The position numbers were made by a program, and so were the translations under genes. This document shows positions 18,580-28,853 of a stretch of 64,000 nt of DNA, in pieces (positions within the stretch are counted from its first letter, which is position 1; every line of letters starts with the position of its first letter). Origin of the DNA: an uncultured delta proteobacterium (GTDB taxonomy: Bacteria; Desulfobacterota; Binatia; UBA9968); assembly GCA_963755715.1 (NCBI GenBank), contig CAVWLW010000033.1, forward strand, positions 256,001-320,000. The letters are read 5' to 3'. The notes below the pieces were generated by a model. It ran no database searches and had not been told where the DNA came from. It worked only from the letters and a program-made list of their open reading frames with translations.

Positions 18580-21500
18580 CTAAAGAGATTGATCCGCGAA
18601 TTGGGGCTGTGCCGGCGGCGTGGTGCTGGAACCGATCAATTGCGCGCCGACGAGCTGTGAGTAGAGCCCGTTTTGGGCAAGAAGGAGAGTGTGGGAACCC
18701 TGTTCGGCGACGCGACCTTGGTCGAGAACAACGATATGGTCGGCGTCGCGAATCGTCGAGAGACGGTGAGCGATCACCAGAGTGGTGCGCCCTTTGGCGA
18801 GATGGGCAAGCGCCTGATGGATCAATTGTTCGTTGACGGCGTCGAGATGCGATGTGGCCTCGTCAAGGATGAGGACGGGAGCATTTTTGAGCAGGGCCCT
18901 GGCGATGGCGAGTCTCTGCCGTTGTCCGCCGGAAAGCTGAATGCCACGCTCGCCGACCACGGTATCGTAGGAAAGCGGCAGCTCGGTGATGAACTGGTGC
19001 GCGTTAGCGCGCTGCGCGGCTTCCTCGATGGCTTCGTCGGTGGCTTGCGGCTGGGCCAAGCGCAGGTTTTGCCGAATGGTGGTGTTGAAAAGGTAGGTCT
19101 CCTGGGAGACCAGAGCAATTCTTGTTCGCAGGTCATCGAGAGTGAACGCCCGCAAATCGTTTCCTTCCAACAAAATTTTGCCATGGGTGGGGTCCCAGAA
19201 GCGCAGCAGCAGCTGCGCACAGGTGGTTTTACCGGCTCCGGAAGGACCGACGAGAGCAACGGTTTGTCCGGGCTCGATGCGAAATGAAACATCTTGCAGC
19301 ACCGGCGACTCGTGCGGACCGTACGTAAAGCTCGTGTTGTCGAAAATCACTGACGGAGGCCGGTCGGGGGTGGTCGGCAGCGAAACCATCCCAGCACCGT
19401 CCGTCACGGGGATCGGTTCATCCTTGATGGCAAAGATCCGCCGCGCGGAAGCCAGAGTCTCCATGAGTTCTTTGAACGTGCGGGTTATCTCACTCACCGG
19501 GCCGAAAGCCGCCATAGCCAAGACCGTTGCCAGTGGCAGGACCGCGCGGGTCATTTCCCCCTGAGACACGAGCCAAACGCCGGTTACCAGCACCGCCAAC
19601 GCGCCGATGCCCGTGAGGGTCTCGTTCAAGCTTGCTTGCCGAGCCTGTTCCGTATGAAACCGAACTTGCGCCGTGGCGACGCGCCAACTGTTGCGCGACA
19701 GCTCAGCGGTGAACCGCTTCTCACAGCCTAAGCCCACCACTTCTCGCAGGCCCTGAATGCCGTCGACCAAGTGAGCGTTGAGCTGCCCCATGGTTTCTCG
19801 TACCTGGGTTCCAAGCTGTCCGGAACGCTTCTGAAAAAACAGCGGCGACACGGCGACCAGCAAGAGGAAGGGAAGCAGAGCGGCGGCCAAAGGCCAGCCC
19901 ATCCAGCCGAGGAAAAAGAGAACCACACCAGGGACCAGAACGGCGACGAAAGCGGGCGCAATGGTGTGGGCAAAAAAGATTTCGATCAATTCGATATCAC
20001 TGCTGATGATGCTTACCAGGTCTCCTGAGCGGCGCTGCAACAGATAACCTGGGGCCAACGGATCCAAGGTCTGGTACATATCGATGCGCATCTCGGCGAG
20101 CAGCTGATAGGCCAGATCATGGGAGATCCAGAGTTCGACCCAGGACAGTAGCGATGTGGCCACAACCGCCAGCGCGAGCAACAGAACCGGCCAAAAAATC
20201 TCGCCGTGCCGGATCACCTGTCCGACCACGAGCGCGCCCGCAACACCGACGCCGATCAAAGCCGCCTGGTATAGAACTCCACTCGAAAATGCCAACGTCG
20301 TCTTCACCGCAAAGGGACGCACCAGCCCGAGCAAGCGCTGCAAGGTCGTACGAATCGATAGCGGTCGTACCGTGTTGAAAGTTTTATCCGTCGTGCTTTG
20401 AGCGGCGCTTCCGACCGGCCCCAGCCCATGACCATTATCAAAACCATTGGCAACGGAAGCCGCCTGCGCGGCGATTTCTCCGTCGGATGCGTTTTGTTGG
20501 CCGGCCATAAGGTCAGCGTAAACACCATTGGCTTGAAGCAGCTCGGCATGAGAGCCCGACTCGACGATCTCACCTTGCTCGATCACCAAAATGCGGTGCG
20601 CGTCGATCACGCTCGACAGACGGTGGGCGATAATCAATGTTGTCCGGCCTTCCATCAGCCGGTTCAGAGCCTCCTGTATAATCGCCTCGTTCTGCGCATC
20701 AACGCTGGAGAGCGCTTCGTCGAGCACCAGAATCGACGCATCCTTGAGCAGAGCGCGAGCGATGGCGACACGCTGCCGCTGACCGCCGGAGAGTCGGGCG
20801 CCGCGCTCGCCGACGAGAGTTTCGTAGCCCTTGGGCAACGCACTAATAAAATCGTGCGCGTTGGCGGCGCGGGCGGCGGCTTCGATTTCCTGCTGCGTCG
20901 CCTCGGGTTGGGCAAGGCGCAGGTTCTCCGCCACGGTGCCGTAGAAAAGATAAGTGTCTTGAGCGACCACTGCGACATGACGGCGCAGAAAACTGAGGGA
21001 CAGATGGCGCAGGTCTCGATTGCCAAGAAAGATACGGCCCTTTTGCGGATCGACGAAACGGAGCATCAGTGACACGACAGTCGATTTGCCGGCTCCGCTC
21101 GGCCCGACAATCCCGAGTTTCTCGCCCTTGCGCAGCGTGAAGGAAATATCGCGGAGCGCCGGGCGTAGGCCGTTCTGATAGCCGAAGGTCACATTCTCGA
21201 AGCGTATCTCGGGCTCAAGGAGACCCGGCGTGACACCATTGGTTTCATGATAGTTCCCGTCTTGAACCTCAATCGGCGTAGCCAGCAGCGTGAAAATCCC
21301 TTCGGCCGACGCCGTGGCCAAGAAGCCTTGGTGGTAGAGGATGATCATCTCGCGCATCGGGCGAAAAACTTCCGCGCCCAGAAGCAAAAGAACCACGAGG
21401 GCGCGCAGGTCGAGCTCGCCGTTGGTTACCTTGAATGCGCCCCAAGCCAGGGCCGCAGCGCTACCTGCCGTAATGCCGAAGGTACCTACCCCACTAGACA

Positions 21501-22221
21501 TGAGATTGACGGCGAGCACCCCCATGGTGGCGCGGTAAACCTGATGCGCCCTGTCCGCGAGGATGTTACCCCAATTACGGCTCTGGCCGAAAATCTTGAG
21601 CGTCGAGATGCCCTGCATGCTGTCGAGGAAATCCGCGCTCAAAGCGCCGTAGGCGGCGCGGCGTCGACGGCTGCTCTCTCGACTCGTCCAAAAAAAGATG
21701 GCCGGAGCCACCAAAGTGAAGACAGCGAAGCACAGGAAAATAAAACCTATGGAGAGATCGATGGAGGCCATGAGAAAGAAAATAATGATCGGAGCCAATC
21801 CGGCGACCATCATCTGCGGAAGAAACTGGCCAAAAAAAACCTGCAACCGTTCGACACCTTCGCCCAATATGGTCAGCACGTCACCGGTTCGGCTTTGGTC
21901 GAACTGTCCCGGTCCCATGGCAAGGGAATGCGCATAAAGTTGTCGTCTGATTTCGACTTTGACCCGCGCCGCGGTTTCCTGGCTGATCCCATCCCGGAGA
22001 AACTGCAGGAGCCCGCGCAACACGGTGCAACCGATGATTCCGCCGATCGGCAAGATCAGGGAGGAAAATGGTTTGCCTAAGAGAACGCCCGCAATGACCA
22101 GGCCCGAAAGGGTCAACCGACCCAACCCCGCGAATACAGCGCATAGACCGACAAACGCAGTGGCGACAATGCGGCTTCTGACACCCTGAGTCAGGCGAAG
22201 TAGGCGTTTATCGAGATACAT
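18580..22221 (-). CDS. Fused ABC exporter (TMD-NBD-TMD-NBD), CydDC/YbtPQ-like
   Basis: Two complete NBD motif sets (GPSGAGKS/T, LSGGQRQR, L.LDEA, IAHRLS) each after a TM domain; start MYLDKRLL. Confidence 0.9.
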   Translation of the reverse strand: MYLDKRLLRLTQGVRSRIVATAFVGLCAVFAGLGRLTLSGLVIAGVLLGKPFSSLILPIGGIIGCTVLRGLLQFLRDGISQETAARVKVEIRRQLYAHSLAMGPGQFDQSRTGDVLTILGEGVERLQVFFGQFLPQMMVAGLAPIIIFFLMASIDLSIGFIFLCFAVFTLVAPAIFFWTSRESSRRRRAAYGALSADFLDSMQGISTLKIFGQSRNWGNILADRAHQVYRATMGVLAVNLMSSGVGTFGITAGSAAALAWGAFKVTNGELDLRALVVLLLLGAEVFRPMREMIILYHQGFLATASAEGIFTLLATPIEVQDGNYHETNGVTPGLLEPEIRFENVTFGYQNGLRPALRDISFTLRKGEKLGIVGPSGAGKSTVVSLMLRFVDPQKGRIFLGNRDLRHLSLSFLRRHVAVVAQDTYLFYGTVAENLRLAQPEATQQEIEAAARAANAHDFISALPKGYETLVGERGARLSGGQRQRVAIARALLKDASILVLDEALSSVDAQNEAIIQEALNRLMEGRTTLIIAHRLSSVIDAHRILVIEQGEIVESGSHAELLQANGVYADLMAGQQNASDGEIAAQAASVANGFDNGHGLGPVGSAAQSTTDKTFNTVRPLSIRTTLQRLLGLVRPFAVKTTLAFSSGVLYQAALIGVGVAGALVVGQVIRHGEIFWPVLLLALAVVATSLLSWVELWISHDLAYQLLAEMRIDMYQTLDPLAPGYLLQRRSGDLVSIISSDIELIEIFFAHTIAPAFVAVLVPGVVLFFLGWMGWPLAAALLPFLLLVAVSPLFFQKRSGQLGTQVRETMGQLNAHLVDGIQGLREVVGLGCEKRFTAELSRNSWRVATAQVRFHTEQARQASLNETLTGIGALAVLVTGVWLVSQGEMTRAVLPLATVLAMAAFGPVSEITRTFKELMETLASARRIFAIKDEPIPVTDGAGMVSLPTTPDRPPSVIFDNTSFTYGPHESPVLQDVSFRIEPGQTVALVGPSGAGKTTCAQLLLRFWDPTHGKILLEGNDLRAFTLDDLRTRIALVSQETYLFNTTIRQNLRLAQPQATDEAIEEAAQRANAHQFITELPLSYDTVVGERGIQLSGGQRQRLAIARALLKNAPVLILDEATSHLDAVNEQLIHQALAHLAKGRTTLVIAHRLSTIRDADHIVVLDQGRVAEQGSHTLLLAQNGLYSQLVGAQLIGSSTTPPAQPQFADQSL

Positions 22222-22299
22222 GACGCAAAGACGACATTCGTAATACCAATTGAAGATTCGTAACACCGCAGCCGTTTTGCTGTCAAAGCCCGCTTGAAT

Positions 22300-22435
22300 C
22301 TAGGTTACGGCAGGAGCTTCAGGCAGGTAGACCTGTGGGACCAGATTCAACCAGTCCAAACTGCTCGCCAGCAATTCATACGAGCGATGACGCGAGGCCG
22401 GATTGTAAGTGCATGCGACGACGGCTAGCGCGTCG
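22300..22435 (-). pseudogene. 3' remnant of an LLM-class oxidoreductase (homologous to 53002..53090)
   Basis: DALAVVACTYNPASRHRSYELLA versus DELVVVTWTYDPAPRHRSYELLA. Confidence 0.75.
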
Positions 22436-22456
22436 CGACCTGACAAACTCGCGCTT

Positions 22457-23482
22457 TCACTGGCGCACCGAAAAGATTTCCCTGAATTCGGTGGCGTAGC
22501 GGCCGTAGTTCTTCACGACCTGATCGTAGTCCATGGTCATCAGACGAATTTTCGCGGCTCGAGGAACCGGCTGGGGGACATCGGTCCGGCTTGGATTGCG
22601 GTTGAGCTGAGAAATGATCATCTGTCCTTCGCGTGAAAGAACATAGTCTGTGAAAAGCTTCGCAGCATTCGGGCGCGAGGCGTTTTTCGGTATGCTCGCC
22701 GAAATAGGTGGGTTAGGAGCTAGCGGCTCAATGGCAGTCCATTCGATGGGTGCTCCCTTGAGCCTCATCGTCTCGGCCTGGTGAATACGAATGGTCGGAG
22801 CAATAGCAAATTCTCCGGCACCGATGAGTTGCGCGAGCAAAGTATGGCCAGTGCGGATTTGCGGCTGCTGCGCTGCCAATCGGCGCATAAAAACTTTCCC
22901 TTTTTCTTCGCCCATGAGCTGGAGCATCGCCGTGTACCAATCGACGTCTTCCTCCTCCAAAGCGATTTGGGATTTCCAACGTGGAGCGAGAAGATCCTCC
23001 CAGGTTTTGGGAGCTTCAGGGCCGCGTACCATTCTAGTGTTATAGGTAAGGACTTCCAGGTTCCAATATACCCCGGTCCAATAGCCATCGGAATCCTTCA
23101 GCGCCGCAAGAACCTTCTCTCGTTCTGGCGATGCGTAGGGTAAGAGCAGTCCCATGGCTTTGAGAAGCCAGGTCTGAAATCCGCTGAGCAGATAGGCATC
23201 GGAGAGATTCTTCCCCGCGCGCGCCTCCATGGTGATTTTTTGCAGCAACTTTTCGCCGCTGGCGCGATAGGTCTCGACCTCGATGAATGGATACTTCTTA
23301 CGAAAACCGGTCAAGATGTTTTGGGTGTCCGGAACATTCGGCGAATGGTAAAGTACGAGTTTCTTTTCAATCTGAGCATTTGCCAACCAATCTTGCGCAT
23401 GGATCTGGTCGACAAAAACTAACGCGGTTAGCATTGTTGATAAAATCAAGAGCATCATGGAGAAGCTGTTGCGCCTCCTCAT
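22457..23482 (-). CDS. Extracellular solute-binding protein (AfuA/FbpA-like cluster)
   Basis: Signal peptide; FRKKYPFIEVE..RASGEKLLQKI..EARAG; APKTWEDLL.PRWK; PNAAKLFTDYVLS.EGQ. Confidence 0.88.
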   Translation of the reverse strand: MRRRNSFSMMLLILSTMLTALVFVDQIHAQDWLANAQIEKKLVLYHSPNVPDTQNILTGFRKKYPFIEVETYRASGEKLLQKITMEARAGKNLSDAYLLSGFQTWLLKAMGLLLPYASPEREKVLAALKDSDGYWTGVYWNLEVLTYNTRMVRGPEAPKTWEDLLAPRWKSQIALEEEDVDWYTAMLQLMGEEKGKVFMRRLAAQQPQIRTGHTLLAQLIGAGEFAIAPTIRIHQAETMRLKGAPIEWTAIEPLAPNPPISASIPKNASRPNAAKLFTDYVLSREGQMIISQLNRNPSRTDVPQPVPRAAKIRLMTMDYDQVVKNYGRYATEFREIFSVRQ

Positions 23483-23531
23483 ATTTCCAACTTCCTTCTC
23501 CATATCAAATCTCTGATTTTTCGTGAACCAT

Positions 23532-24710
23532 TCACAGCACGAGTCTTTGACCGTAGAGCTTGACCGCGTTGTCCCAAAGGATCTTTCGCTTGGCTTCATC
23601 CGAGATGGGTTGAGCATTGAACTCGGGCAGTGCTTTCGCTGGTTCTATGCCGTCAAGATGGGGATAGTCGGTGTTCCAAACGATGCAGTCGCCTTTAAGA
23701 TGGTCGACCGCATACGCCAAAGCGGTCTCGTCACTGTCGCAAGCCACTGTGCATTGGCGCAGGAAATACTCGCTCGGCAGCATGGATATTTTCTTGGGCT
23801 TGCCCATAATGCTGTAACGACCGTGCGAATGCACGTCCATCCGTCCAAGCCAAAATGGCAACCAGCCGGCGTTGGATTCGAGAATCGCCAGACGCAGTTT
23901 GGGAAATCGCTCCAGGATCCCGGTAAAAATAAAATGGCCCATGGTCGCCATGTTATCGCAAGGAAAGCCGATCGCATGATCGACCCCCCGGAGCGCTTGG
24001 AAGTCGTGAATCTCGTCGCTGCTCGAGCCGCTTTGCTCGACCACGCGAAAGCCGCGAAAGGGTTGGACCCGATAGCGGTATTCACCGTGGACGGCTATGG
24101 GAAAATCCAACTCACAAGCGAGCTGCCAGAGGGCGTCATACTCCTTCTCGTGCAACCATTTGCCCTCCGGCAACAACGGATTTCGGATCGAGACGGCGCC
24201 GAGTTCCGCCACCGCCCGTCGTGCTTCCTTGACGATCTCGTCGATGTTTGCACCCGGCACAACGGCGATAAACTTAAGTCTCTTGGAGTCAACACTGCAG
24301 TAGTCATGCGCCCAGTTGTTATAAGCCCGGCACAGTGCGGCGCCTAAATCAGCATGCTTCAGCGCGACGGAACATCCGAAGTTTCCGTTGCTGCCGGTAG
24401 GCAAAAGCACCTGGATATCCCATCCGTGCCGGTCCATGTCGCTGATGCGTGTTTGCGGCGCCCACCAGGTTTGGAAAGCTTCGCCGTACTTTTCCTCCAT
24501 AATTTTGAATGATTCCTTCGGGGGTCCCTTAACCTGCTTTTCGTCTTTCGGAATGATCTTTCCGTCCGCCTCGTAGACCATGAATGTGCCGTTCATATAA
24601 GCCACTTTGGGAGCCTGCGCCCGGTACTTGGGCTCCACGTACTTCTCCCACATGTCCTGAGGCTCGTGCATGTGAGCGTCGGCGTCGACGACCTTGTATC
24701 CATTCCACAT
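23532..24710 (-). CDS. Amidohydrolase_2 family protein
   Basis: VVDADAH.HEP, CRAYNNW, PIAVHG, GILERFPKLRLAILESNAGWLPFW, WNTDYPH.D, ILWDNA. Confidence 0.92.
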   Translation of the reverse strand: MWNGYKVVDADAHMHEPQDMWEKYVEPKYRAQAPKVAYMNGTFMVYEADGKIIPKDEKQVKGPPKESFKIMEEKYGEAFQTWWAPQTRISDMDRHGWDIQVLLPTGSNGNFGCSVALKHADLGAALCRAYNNWAHDYCSVDSKRLKFIAVVPGANIDEIVKEARRAVAELGAVSIRNPLLPEGKWLHEKEYDALWQLACELDFPIAVHGEYRYRVQPFRGFRVVEQSGSSSDEIHDFQALRGVDHAIGFPCDNMATMGHFIFTGILERFPKLRLAILESNAGWLPFWLGRMDVHSHGRYSIMGKPKKISMLPSEYFLRQCTVACDSDETALAYAVDHLKGDCIVWNTDYPHLDGIEPAKALPEFNAQPISDEAKRKILWDNAVKLYGQRLVL

Positions 24711-25284
24711 AGATTTTCCCCTTCACCGGCCCTATATCCTATTCAGAAATTAGACACTGCAAAATCATCTGGTTTATAATCCGCAAGATGTCACACGTCC
24801 AATGTTTTTTTGGTGATATCATTCATAGATGTTTGACAAGACCTTCGAGGGAACAGGCTACTTTGTAATTGAAAGGCGGACGCGTACGCATAGGAGAAGC
24901 GGCTCTTGCCGAGAGCGCGTTGCCTTTTAGGAGCGTAGTTCATGAAGATCCACATTTCTCCACCGCAAGTTGCCATGCGGGTACCACTGCACGCAACATC
25001 TTCACAAGGTGCTGTAGACATGGAGCCGCGTCGCCAAGACTATGACCGGCTCGATCTGACCCGCCAGCGGAAGTTCCGCACGATCGGTCGGGGGAAAAGT
25101 GAGTCCGAGGTGGACGAAGCAGCAATCGCTCTAGTCGAGCTAAGCGTGCTGGTCTATGACGATATCGGCACTATCGGAAAGACGGCCGCAAAGCTCCGCG
25201 ATCCCCGCCTGGGATTGTTTGGAAAGAAAGGAAACCGCGACGCGGACCTGCAGTGGCTGGAAGCCGAGCGCGAAATCGGTGTCG

Positions 25285-25477
25285 AAATCGGTGTCAGACT
25301 TGCCTAAGTCTATTAACTTCTGGTAGGGAGAGACGATGCCGCGTCACCCGCGAGTTCATGCCGAAGGACTGCTCTATCACGTGAAGGCCCGTGGCAATGA
25401 CGGGCAGAAGATTTTTCTCAGCCAAAGCGACTATCAGGCCTTAATCGAAGCGCTTCGGACCGTGCGTCGTCCGCGGG
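25285..25477 (+). mobile_element. Left inverted end plus 5' stub of a RAYT-like Y1 transposase (copy 2)
   Basis: Near-identical to 18291..18479; homology ends at the same point (CGTCGTCC.CGGG). Confidence 0.85.
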
Positions 25478-25649
25478 TGATCCATGTAACTGGGTTCTGC
25501 CGGGCGTGCGGCATTTAGCTTCTTCTCACCGGTATCAAATGAGCAGATCCGTTGAATTTGACAGCGAGCAGACCAACGAATACGTTTGCGGAGAATGGTG
25601 ATGTTCAGCACGGCAAACGTGGCTTCGCCAAATTTCGGCGCGAAAATTT

Positions 25650-26699
25650 ATGACCATCTCTCGCCTTGGACTGCATCTCCCTCGGCTGCCGCAGCGTTTT
25701 GACGGATTACTGCTTGCGGCGTTTGTCCTTCTTTTTCTTTGGGTCAAAATGCCGAGCGCGCTGGCGGGCCAGGCCAAGACGCTCGTTAAAGTCGTCATCG
25801 GCTATGGTTCTACGGATGGCGGCGTTGCGGTATTGGGGTTTGCCCAGGAAACTAAACTATTCGAGAAGCACGGTCTCGATGTGGTGCTGGTCGGCATGGG
25901 GACCGGATCGGTGTCCTTGCGGGCGCTGATCGCCAAAGATCTGCAAATTTCCTCTCTTTCGGGCTCCGGTTTGGTGCAAGCCGCATTGCAGGGCGCCGAC
26001 ACCGTCCTCATTGCTGCTCTCATCAACGGATTTGTTTTCAAGGTTTTCAGCGCGCCAGAAATCTCCAGCCCGGCGCAGCTTAAGGGTAAGAAATTAGGCG
26101 TCAGCCGCTACGGGGCGACATCCGATTTCGCGGTCCGGCTGGCGCTTAAAAAATGGGGCCTGAATCCTGAGCGCGACGTCAATATTCTCCAAATCGGCAC
26201 ATCGCAGGACACAGTCCGCGCGATGCAGACCAAAATGCTCGACGCTGGGGTGACGACTGGCACCTCGTCGCTGATCGCGCGCAAAGCGGGCTTTCGTGAG
26301 CTCGGGGACCTCGCCGACTTGGGGCTGGATTATCCGACGTCGGCGATCGGCACGACCAAATCTTATCTGCAAAAAAACGAAGCGACCGTGAAAGGATTCA
26401 TGCTCGCCTACATCGAAGCGATCCATGACTTCAAGCGCAATAAAGAAGTCGCTCTGGCGGTACTGAAAAAATATACCCGCAACGACGACCGCGAGGTGTT
26501 GGAGCATAACTATGACGATATCGCGAGCAGATATCTGGCGATGCCGATTCCGACTCTGGAGGGGATTCGTACCATTCTGACGGAGCTTTCAAGCACCACG
26601 CCCGCGGCGAAGAACGCCGATCCGGAGCAATTCGTCTCGTACAAGATCGCGCGGGAAATCGAAGCGAGCGGCTTCGTCAAACGGCTGTACGAGAAGTAG
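25650..26699 (+). CDS. ABC substrate-binding protein, NMT1/SsuA-like
   Basis: LFEKHGLDVVLV; QLKGKKLGVSRYGATSDF; PIPTLEGI; EIEASGFVKRLY. Confidence 0.88.
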   Translation: MTISRLGLHLPRLPQRFDGLLLAAFVLLFLWVKMPSALAGQAKTLVKVVIGYGSTDGGVAVLGFAQETKLFEKHGLDVVLVGMGTGSVSLRALIAKDLQISSLSGSGLVQAALQGADTVLIAALINGFVFKVFSAPEISSPAQLKGKKLGVSRYGATSDFAVRLALKKWGLNPERDVNILQIGTSQDTVRAMQTKMLDAGVTTGTSSLIARKAGFRELGDLADLGLDYPTSAIGTTKSYLQKNEATVKGFMLAYIEAIHDFKRNKEVALAVLKKYTRNDDREVLEHNYDDIASRYLAMPIPTLEGIRTILTELSSTTPAAKNADPEQFVSYKIAREIEASGFVKRLYEK

Positions 26700-26839
26700 G
26701 GAGAAAGCCTCAGGAGCGGGATGTATCCAATGTTGCATCAATGCACAGATCCATACGGCTTGATGCCCGCGTACTAGGATCGACCTTAAGAGAAATCTTT
26801 TCGGTTCTGTAAGCCGATGATTTCAAGGAGCTGCTCGTT

Positions 26840-27601
26840 ATGACCGACTACGTGAAAAAACTTCTGCCGCGTTTTCGTTACGGAGTGATCCAGCCTCGCG
26901 CCCATGAAGAAGTCCAGCGCGCGCGAAGCTATCAGCTATACCGGCTCCTCCCGCTCGACTTCATGGAAATCTCCACGGGACTCGGGCTCGAAAATTATAC
27001 GAAGGAAGGCGTCGAGAAAGCGATTAACAATTACTGGGCCTGTGTCGAGCGCCTGGCCAAAGAGAAGGTCGATCATATTATTTTTAGTGGCGCGCCGATC
27101 TCCGCAATGCTGACCCGCCCGCGGGTTCTCGAATTGCTGCGCGAAACGAAAGAGAAAACCGGAATATCCGCGGACGCTCCGCTCGAGGCGCTGATTGCCG
27201 CGATGAAACATCTCGGATTGACGAAGCTCGCGATCGGCAGCCGCTGGGCGGACCCGGTCAACGATGCAATCAAACGCTACCTCGAGGCTGGCGGCATCGA
27301 CGTCGTCGGCATCACGAAGCGCAACCAGTGGGCATCGGACTCCTTCGCCATGACTTTGGAACAAGGCTTGGAAATGGCCCTCGATGTCGGTCGGGAGGCG
27401 GCAAGAACCTGGCCCGAGGCCGAAGCGATCTCGGTGCCCGGCGGTGCGGCAATGTCACTGCACGTCATCCCGGCTATAGAGGAAGAATATGGCAAACCAA
27501 CTTTCACCAACATGAGCGCTGAAGTATGGAATGATCTCGTGCGCCCCGGCATCATCCCGCCCGTGCAAGGTTGGGGAAGGCTCCTCGCGGGCATGAAATG
27601 A
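26840..27601 (+). CDS. Maleate isomerase/arylmalonate decarboxylase-like (Asp/Glu racemase superfamily) protein
   Basis: GVIQP; LAKEKVDHIIFSGAP; ALIAAMKHLG..KLAI; YLEAGGIDV; PEAEAISVPGG; IEEEYGKP; GWGRLL. Confidence 0.8.
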   Translation: MTDYVKKLLPRFRYGVIQPRAHEEVQRARSYQLYRLLPLDFMEISTGLGLENYTKEGVEKAINNYWACVERLAKEKVDHIIFSGAPISAMLTRPRVLELLRETKEKTGISADAPLEALIAAMKHLGLTKLAIGSRWADPVNDAIKRYLEAGGIDVVGITKRNQWASDSFAMTLEQGLEMALDVGREAARTWPEAEAISVPGGAAMSLHVIPAIEEEYGKPTFTNMSAEVWNDLVRPGIIPPVQGWGRLLAGMK

Positions 27602-27693
27602 TTGTTCTGATCCGCGCGTCACGAAGGAGATGAACAACATGAGCAGGAAGAGGTTGTCTCTCACCGGCATTACGCAGGTGGAGTTTACATAAA

Positions 27694-28644
27694 ATGAAGC
27701 TCATCACTTATGACTGCGGGGACGGACCGCGCGCTGGCGTCGTTGTTGACGAGCGAGTGCTCGATGTGGCGACGTTGCTTGGCGAGGGAAGGAGACTGCG
27801 CGATGTCCGTGCCCTGCTCGAACTGACGAATGATCCGCTAACGAGGCTGAAGTCAGTCCTGGGCTCCGCTGCGGGCGTGCCACTGACGAGCGTCCGCTTG
27901 CGCGCGCCGATCTTGCAGCCGCCGACGGTACGCGACTTCATGGTGTACGAGGGACATGCCAGCGCGGGCAACTCACGGAAACTCTCCGACGCATGGTATC
28001 GGTTGCCGATTTTTTATTTTTCAAATCCGCTCTGCATCTTCGGCCCGGACGACGCGGTGCCTTACCCGTCCGCTTCGGAACAACTGGATTACGAGCTGGA
28101 GCTTGCGGCGGTCATCGGCCGGGAAGGCAGCAATATCGCCGAGGCGGACGCGTTCTCCTATATTGCCGGCTTCACGATTTTTAATGACTGGAGCTGCCGC
28201 GACCTCCAGCGCGACGAGATGGCAGCGCGCCTCGGGCCCGCCAAAGGAAAAGACTCGGCCAGCTCGCTTGGCCCCTGGATCGTGACGACCGATGAGCTTG
28301 CGCCGTTTATCCGCGACGGCCGGCTGCACGCGCACTGCTCGCTCAAGGTGAACGGCGCAACGTGGATGGACAACGACGCGAGCCTCATGTATCACACCTG
28401 GGGAGCGATGATCGAGCGCGCCTCGCGGGACAGCCGCATCGTTCCCGGCGACGTCATCGGGAGCGGTACGGTCACCGGTGGATCGATCGGCGAGGCGATA
28501 CGCAACGGCTTCCCGGCCCGGTATCTCGAACCAGGTGACATCGTGGAGATCGCCGTCGAACGGATTGGTATTCTACGCAACACCATCGCGCCGAAGCTGA
28601 ACCCGGACCCCAACTATCGTTTCAAAGCTCCTCGCCCGAGATAG
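27694..28644 (+). CDS. Fumarylacetoacetate hydrolase family protein
   Basis: VRDFMVYEGH, PIFYFSN, LDYELELAAVIG, FNDWSCRDLQ, GPAKGKD, PGDVIGSGT. Confidence 0.93.
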   Translation: MKLITYDCGDGPRAGVVVDERVLDVATLLGEGRRLRDVRALLELTNDPLTRLKSVLGSAAGVPLTSVRLRAPILQPPTVRDFMVYEGHASAGNSRKLSDAWYRLPIFYFSNPLCIFGPDDAVPYPSASEQLDYELELAAVIGREGSNIAEADAFSYIAGFTIFNDWSCRDLQRDEMAARLGPAKGKDSASSLGPWIVTTDELAPFIRDGRLHAHCSLKVNGATWMDNDASLMYHTWGAMIERASRDSRIVPGDVIGSGTVTGGSIGEAIRNGFPARYLEPGDIVEIAVERIGILRNTIAPKLNPDPNYRFKAPRPR

Positions 28645-28661
28645 ACAGGCGGAAGAATCCG

Positions 28662-28760
28662 GTTCAAGGCGTTCAAAATAGCCTGCCCTGAGTTAATCGA
28701 AGGGTTCAGCCGCTTCGCGGAGCCAGTCCTGAGCGAAGCCGAGCGGTTCAAATCGTTCAA
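28662..28760 (+). repeat. GTTCAA-periodic intergenic element with two nested CCTGAG..CGAAG REP-like insertions
   Basis: GTTCAAGGCGTTCAAAAT [GCCTGCCCTGAGTTAATCGAAGG] GTTCAGCCGCTTCGC [GCCAGTCCTGAGCGAAGCCGAGC] GGTTCAAATCGTTCAA. Confidence 0.65.
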
Positions 28761-28853
28761 CGAGGGTGAAGCCTTTTCTTCTCCGCCCTCTATCGCTATA
28801 GTTTGCCGAAATGCACCAGGAGCGCCGGACTTCACCTTTCACGGAGGAAAAGC

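Noticed and set aside
24942-25307. 121-aa ORF with a DUF2934-like tail (DLQWLEAEREI)
   Set aside because: It runs into the transposon end, has no clear RBS and only a short resemblance; at most a degraded fragment.
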